From: Eledone cirrhosa
Lineage: Eukaryota
Reading direction: 5' to 3'
Length of the DNA: 64,000 nt
Assembly: GCA_964016885.1 (NCBI GenBank)
Contig: OZ024747.1
Span: forward strand, 51,584,001-51,648,000
Each line of letters starts with the position of its first letter. Position 1 is the first letter of the stretch. Below are positions 57,199-64,000 of the stretch, in pieces. The notes under the pieces were generated by a model. The model had not been told where the DNA came from, searched no databases, and saw only the letters and a list, made by a program, of their open reading frames with translations. Position numbers and translations under genes: made by a program.

Positions 57199-57368
57199 TA
57201 CAAAGTTTGTTTTATAAATAGAGACATACCCATGAAAATCATACCTTATCGGTTGGAAATTCACTATCCAGTCATTGAATATTTACACCAGTAACTTGTT
57301 GAGTGCTCTAAACCAGTTATAAACATTTATGCTTATCGGACTTCCAACAAATTAAATACCACTTCTGC

Positions 57369-57474
<106 letters not shown>

Positions 57475-57591
57475 ATATGTGAATGTGTGTGTGTGTGTAT
57501 GTATGAAAAAGGTCAGCAGAAACAACAACACAATCAGTACAGTATATGCAAGGGATATATTAGTTTAACGCTTGATATAGCAGGAAGAGGG

Positions 57592-57627
57592 TCTTAACGT
57601 TTCGGACGCTAGTCCTTCATCAGAAGA
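57592..57627 (-). ncRNA. Minimal hammerhead with palindromic stem III (dimer type)
   Basis: Minus strand: TCTT-CTGATGA-A-GGAC-tagc-GTCC-GAA-ACGT-T-AAGA. Confidence 0.8.
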
Positions 57628-57769
57628 AAGAATGAGAAATAAAATAGATTGAGGGGACGGGTGGGATGGAATTGGGAAAAATGTCTTTAGATAAAAATAA
57701 CAGGTCCATTCTTGATGACATCTCCTGCAAAAGTGTTGGTGCTGGCGTTTTGTGTATGATTTATGTTTG

Positions 57770-58510
57770 TATATGTTGGTATATTTGGTGTGTTGGTATG
57801 TTGGTATATTTGGTGTGTTGGTATGTTGGTATATTTGGTGTGTTGGTATGTTGGTATATTTGGTGTGTCGGTATGTTGGTATATTTGGTGCGTTGGTGTG
57901 TTGGTATATTTGGTGTATTGGTATATTTGGTGTGTTGGTATGTTGGTATATTCGGTGTGTTGGTGTGTTGGTATATTTGGTGTGTTGGTATGTTGGTATA
58001 TTCGGTGTGTTGGTGTGTTGGTATATTTGGTGTGTTGGTATGTTGGTATATTTGGTGTGTTGGTATGTTAGTATATTTGGTGTGTTGGTATATTTGGTGT
58101 GTTGGTATATTTGGTGTGTTGGTATGTTGGTATATTTGGTGTGTTGGTGTGTTGGTATATTTGGTGTGTTGGTATGTTGGTATATTTGGTGTGTTGGTGT
58201 GTTGGTATATTTGGTGTGTTGGTATGTTGGTATATTTGGTGTGTTGGTGTGTTGGTATATTTTTGTTTGTGTGTTGGTATATTTGGTGTGTTGGTGTGTT
58301 GGTGTGTTGGTATATTTGGTATGTTGATATATTTGGTGTGTTGGTATGTTGGTATATTTGGTGCGTTGGTATGTTGGTATATTGGGTGTGTTGGTGTGTT
58401 GGTATATTTGGTGTGTTGGTATATTGGGTGTGTTGGTGTGTTGGTATATTTGGTGTGTTGGTGTGTTGGTATATTTGGTGTGTTGGTGTGTTGGTATATT
58501 TGGTGTGTTG
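57770..58510. repeat. ~25-bp minisatellite GGTATATTTGGTGTGTTGGT(A/G)TGTT
   Basis: Directly visible, with 17-bp short variants. Confidence 0.95.
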
Positions 58511-59388
58511 ATGTGTCAATCTCTTAGTAGGTGTTGTTATGTTGATGTATTGGTGTGTTGTGTTGGTGCGTTATGTTGGTGTGCTGTAGTGTTGCTCTGT
58601 TGGCGTGTTGTGTTGTTGTGTTCGTGCGTTTGTGTGTTTATGTGTTGGTATGTTTGTAGTTTGTTGATATGTTACTGTATTGGTTTGATGGTGTGTTTAT
58701 GTGTTGGATTGTTGGTGTATAGATTTGATGGTGTGTTTGTGTGTTGATATGCTAGTTTATTGATGTTTTGAAGTATTGGTGTGTTTGTGACGTGGGTTGG
58801 TGTATTGGTGTGTTGAAGGGTTGGTGTGTTGGTGCGCTGTTGTATTGGTGAAAAGAAATGCGCTGTGTTGTGTCAATTATTACTGCTCTCGTTTCTTCAC
58901 TATCCACAGTTATGAATAGATGTACTTATGCTATGGAAGTAGACAATCCTATTGTTATGAACGGTAGCCATTTTGGTCTCGTACACCGGATATACCATAC
59001 TTCACACTGTTCCGGAACACTATTGCACCTTCATTTATACTACTACCACCCCCAACAACAACAACAACAACAACACTACCATCACCACAAAGGAGATTCA
59101 GCTTTACATTGCGTATGACAAAACTGGCTATTTGAATTATATGTGCAGTCCAGCCAAGGCACTTCCACGTAGTTTTGAGTACAACTAACATAACTCTCAG
59201 GGAGATTCAGTAAAAGGTTGTTGACAATATGCCTTGTATTTAATTACACATTTTTACATCCTAAAATCACATCCTGGCCATATCAACTTTACCTTTCATC
59301 TTTCAGGTTTCATTAAATAATGTACCAGTCATATTATAGGTTTCATCTCTCTCAAAACTGAAAGACTTGTGCATAAATTAGGAACAAA

Positions 59389-59590
59389 TTGGCAGTATCG
59401 GCAGAGCGTCGGACAACAAGCTTTCTAGCATAGACTTACGACCCTTTATGTTCTGAGTTCAAATCATGCCAAGGTTAGCTTTGTCTTTCATGCTTACAGG
59501 GTTGATAAAATAAAGTACCAGTAACGCAATGGGGTCGATTAATCAGCTTTCCCGTTCCTCGAAATTGTTGGCCTTGTGAATACAACAGAA
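59389..59590 (+). mobile_element. SINE family 1
   Basis: ttggcagtatcggcagagcgtcggac...ctgagttcaaatc...gataaaataaagtaccagt. Confidence 0.8.
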
Positions 59591-59772
59591 AACATCATCA
59601 TTATCATCATCATTATCCCCATCATCACCATCATCATCATCATCATCACTACCACTACCATCATCACCATCATCCTCATCATCATCATATAACAATAATT
59701 ATATGTATTACTGTCACAATATTAACAAACATATCTCTGTGTATTCTGTCAATATGTAATGATGGTTTAAAT

Positions 59773-60151
59773 CAGTAGTTCTCAACGGTGGGCCAAGGGC
59801 CCACTCAGTGGGCCCGGGACAATTTTCAGAGGGCCCGGAGAAATTTCAGTGGGTCTGGAAATTTTTTCAGACTTTCTTGGAACTTAAGATCACACAACAT
59901 TTAAATGCAATCGGGATCATATGGGGGTAAGTGTTCCAGAATGCTCTTTGAGCATTTACCCTGGCAATTTCTAGGGAGAAAAGTGGGCCGGGAGCACAAA
60001 AAGATTGTGAAACACTAGTATATATATCATGTGGGGGTTATAGTCCGGAATAGTTTTTGAGCACTAGTTTACGCTTGTAAAATAAGTGGGCCCGGACATT
60101 TTTCGGGAACTAAAAGTGGGCCCGGGGTGTCAAAAAGTTTGAGAAACACTG
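59773..60151. mobile_element. hAT-superfamily (Charlie-like) MITE
   Basis: TIRs CAGTAGTTCTCAAC / GTTTGAGAAACACTG. Exact 8-bp TSD GTTTAAAT at 59765-59772 and 60152-60159. Repeated subterminal gggcccgg motifs. Confidence 0.85.
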
Positions 60152-60649
60152 GTTTAAATGTTTTTGATCGTATTGAAGTTACTTTTCGTAATATGTATAC
60201 AGTGACCACATCAACATCACCATAAACATCCACTCCTCCTCCTTCTCCTCCCCCACCTCCTCTTCCTCATCTTCATCATCATCATCATCAACATCGCCAT
60301 AAACATCCCCTCCCTTCCTTCTCCTCTGCTTCCTCATCATCTTCTTCTTCCTCATCTTCTTTCGCTTCTTCGTCCCCCTCCTTCTCCTTCTCCTCCTCAT
60401 CATCATCAACACCATCAACATCACCATAAACATGCTCCCCTCTTCATATCCCCCCTCCTCCCCCCTCCTCCCCAAATCTTCTCCCTCCTCATCATCATCA
60501 CCATTATAGTCCATAGTAGTAGTTGAAACAACAACAACAACAACAACAGTAACGGCATTAGTCGTATTTTATTTTAATTTTGGAGAAGAAAAGAATTTGG
60601 CATCTGTTGACCTTGTATTTTAGACGTGTTCACATTATAGCTACTACCT

Positions 60650-60771
60650 GCCTGCTGCTGCTGCTGCTGCTGCTGCTGATGTTGGTGATGGTGATGGTGA
60701 TGGTGGTGATGATGATGTTGTTGCTGCTGATCTTGATGATGTTGATGTTGCTGCTGATGTTGCTGTTGATG

Positions 60772-60802
<31 letters not shown>

Positions 60803-60915
60803 TCTGCTGCTGTTGGTGATGGTGATGATGATGATGTTGTTGCTGCTGATCTTGATGATGTTGATGTTGCTGCTGATGTTGCTAGGGGTGTTGCTGCTGA
60901 TGTTGCTGTTGATGT

Positions 60916-60946
<31 letters not shown>

Positions 60947-61558
60947 CTGCTGCTGTTGGTGATGGTGATGATGATGATGTTGTTGCTGCTGATCTTGATG
61001 ATGTTGATGTTGCTGCTGATGTTGCTGTTGGTGTTGTTGTTGCTGCTGCTGCTGCTGCTGTTCTGCTGCTGTTGGTGGTGGTGATGATGATGATGATGAT
61101 GATGTTGTTGCTGCTGATCTTGATGATGTTGATGTTGCTGCTGATGTTGCTAGGGGTGTTGCTGCTGATGTTGCTGTTGATGTTGTTGTTGCTGCTGCTG
61201 CTGCTGTTCTGCTGCTGTTGGTGGTGGTGATGGTGATGATGATGATGTTGTTGCTGCTGATCTTGATGATGTTGATGTTGCTGCTGATCTTGATGATGTT
61301 GCTGCTGATGTTGCTGTTGATGTTGTTGCTGCTGCTGCTGCTGTTCTGCTGCTGTTGGTGGTGGTGATGATGATGATGATGTTGTTGCTGTTGATCTTGA
61401 TGATGTTGTTGTTGCTGCTGCTGCTGCTGCTCTGCTGCTGTTGGTGATGGTGATGTCGATGTTACTGCTGCTGTTACTGCTGATGTTGCTGTTGGGTTTG
61501 CTGTTGCTGTTGATGTTGCTGTTGCTGCTGCTGGTGTTGCTGTTGCTGCTGGTCTTGC

Positions 61559-61593
<35 letters not shown>

Positions 61594-61594
61594 A

Positions 61595-61638
<44 letters not shown>

Positions 61639-61717
61639 TTGCTGCCGCTGTTGCTGCTGCTGTTGCTGTTGGTGTTGCTGCTGATGTTGATGCTGATGTT
61701 GATGCTGCTGTTGCTGT

Positions 61718-61758
<41 letters not shown>

Positions 61759-61962
61759 TTGCTGCTGATGTTGATGCTGCTGTTGCTGTTGCTGCTGGTG
61801 TTGCTGTTGCTGTTGCTGCTGATGTTGATGCTGCTGTTGCTGTTGCTGCTGGTGTTGCTGTTGCTGCTGATGCTGATGCTGCTGTTGCTGTTGCTGCTGC
61901 TGTTTCTGTTGCTGCTGATGCTGATGCTGCTGTTGCTGTTGCTGCTGATGTTGCTGTTGCAG
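60650..61962. repeat. CTG/TTG/ATG cryptic trinucleotide repeat with higher-order units
   Basis: Recurring gctgatcttgatgatgttgatgttgctgctgatgttgct and ctctgctgctgttggtg blocks. Confidence 0.9.
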
Positions 61963-62059
61963 TTTTTAACTGTTGTTGTTATTGATGTTGTTGGTTTTTC
62001 ATGTTATTCACCTCCATCTCAAAATGGTGTAAATGTTGGCATTGACTTCCCTATAATAG

Positions 62060-63134
62060 ATGTTGTTGTTGTTGTTGACATTGAGTTTAAATATGTTGTT
62101 GTTGGCATTGAGTTTAAATATGTTGTTGTTGTTGTTGTTGACATTGAGTTTAAATATGTTGTTGTTGTTGTTGTTGACATTGAGTTTAAATATGTTGTTG
62201 TTGTTGTTGACATTGAGTTTAAATATGTTGTTGTTAATCATATTGCTATCATATGTTGTTGTTCTTGTTGTTGACATTGAGTTTAAATATGTTGTTGTTG
62301 TTAATCATACTGCTATCATATGTTGTTGTTGTTGTTGTTGACCTTGATATTACTGCTATTCTGGTTATTTATACTGTTGTCATATTGTTTGTTATTGCTG
62401 TTTGTTTATCTTGACATATTTTATTGTTCTTGACTTCATTGTTATAGATGCAGTTTCTTATTATTTATATTGTCATAACATTTTTGTTGTTGTTGTTGTT
62501 GTTGTTTTATATTGTCATAACATTGTTTGTTATTGTTGTTGTTGCTGTTTTATATTGTCATAACATTGTTTGTTGTTGTTGTTGTTGTTTTATATTGTCA
62601 TAACATTGTTTGTTATTGTTGTAGTTGTTGTTTTATATTGTCATAACATTTTTGTTATTGTTGTTGTTGTTGTTGTTTTATATTGTCATAACATTGTTTG
62701 TTATTGTTGTTGTTGTTGTTTTATATTGTCATAACATCGTTTGTTATTGTTGTTGTTGTTGTTGTTTTATATTGTCATAACATTGTTTGTTGCTGTTATT
62801 GTTGTTTTATATTGTCATAACATTGTTTGTTGCTGTTGTTGCTGTTATTGTTTTATATTGTCATAACATTGTTTGTTGCTGTTGTTGCTGTTATTGTTTT
62901 ATATTGTCATAACATTGTTTGTTGCTGTTGTTGCTGTTATTGTTTTATATTGTCATAACATTGTTTGTTGCTGTTGTTGCTGTTATTGTTTTATATTGTC
63001 ATAACATTGTTTGTTGTTGTTGTTGTTGTTTTATATTGTCATAACATTGTTTGTTGTTGTTGTTGTTGTTGTTTTATATTGTCATAACATTGTTTGTTGT
63101 TGTTGTTGTTGTTGTTGTTTTATATTGTCATAAC
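62060..63134. repeat. Two minisatellites with variable (GTT)n spacers
   Basis: gacattgagtttaaatat(gtt)n at 62060-62340; ttttatattgtcataacattgttt(gtt)n at 62465-63134. Confidence 0.95.
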
Positions 63135-64000
63135 ACATCGAGGCGATCGGCACTACACTAAGAGAATATGAGTCGGTGACAGGAGCAATGATCAACCAGG
63201 AAAAGTGGGTGGGCTTGCAGCTACGCACCTGGAGAGGCAGGTCCATGCCGTCCAACAGAGTCGTCGGGCGCTGAACTACGGACCGGTTAAATTCTTAGGG
63301 GTCTGGTTCGGTCCGGTCCTCCAGACGGACAAAAAATGGGACGAGGTGACGAGCAGGGTGGTTTCTCTCACCCAGAAATGGGCAGAGAGGAAGCTATCCC
63401 GGAAAGGTCGAGCGAAGGTGGCGAATGCGTACATCACGACCGTCATCTACTACCGCCTGACCATCGTGCCTTGTCGTAAGCCTCACTTGACTGCGCTGGA
63501 GCATTTGCTCTTTCGCTTTTTGTGGAAGGGACGTGCTCCGATGGTCAGGCGGTCCATCTGCTGTTAACACCCGCTACGTGGAGGGCTGGGCATGCCGTGG
63601 CTGATGATGCGCAGACACGCGCTCAGGCTACGACATCTCCACCTCTTCCTCGACGGTGATCAGGTGTTGTCGCCGTTTGCTAGACGCGTCTTTCCCCAGG
63701 TCGTTTCCTTGACGGAGCTGCAGTCCTGGGTCAAGCGAAGACCGAGAATGAGCGCTTGGAGACTGGAATGTCTTCAGGTGCACAAAACCCTCGACCACCT
63801 TGACGTTCTAGGGGAAACTCTAGGCGTCGACGAAAATCAACTAGCCAATCTCTTCGGAAGAACTTTCGGGCTGGGGCCTATGGACAACTTCCAGAAATCC
63901 CTGGCCGGGCAGTGCTACCGAGGAGCTTTGCCAGTTCGGGATAAACTCTACAGGCATGGAGGTGCCATCAGCCAGGCATATCCGAGATGCGCGCAGGGCG
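63135..64000 (+). mobile_element. L1/Tx1-clade LINE ORF2 fragment (post-RT-core), decayed, runs off the window
   Basis: GPVKFLGVWFGP...WDEVTSRVVSLTQKWAERKLSRKGRAKVANAYITTVIYYRLTIVPC; GGLGMP. Homologous to 46470-47280 (-). Confidence 0.88.

Noticed and set aside
62060-63134. Constant repeat plus variable spacer resembling CRISPR
   Set aside because: The spacers are only (GTT)n length variants.

Overview
Eukaryotic, AT-rich, almost wholly non-genic window saturated with (TA)n/(CA)n/(GA)n and trinucleotide microsatellites. The SINE types and repeat landscape suggest a coleoid cephalopod (Octopus-like; inference). No intact host CDS is supportable, and most ORFs in the track are microsatellite translations. 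Recognisable elements: a decayed Penelope-like element (RT + GIY-YIG, 12995-14467); two L1/Tx1-type LINE copies plus 3' fragments; an RLE-type (R4/Dong-like) LINE tail; a Tigger/pogo transposase pseudogene; a hAT MITE with an 8-bp TSD; two tRNA-derived SINE families; a ~7-kb 34-36-bp satellite; several minisatellites; and a candidate bidirectional promoter at ~23.0-23.3 kb. The main hidden signal is that many short unique-looking islands inside the (TA)n tracts are remnants of about eight different families carrying minimal type I hammerhead ribozyme (HHR) motifs. They are repeatedly arranged as head-to-head palindromes or with an inverted 5' part. In one six-copy family the mirror axis is the ribozyme stem II loop, which suggests snap-back (self-primed) second-strand synthesis during integration into microsatellites. 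HHRs in Penelope terminal repeats are established knowledge; the fold-back mechanism is my inference. All alignments and folds were done by eye, so boundaries are approximate.
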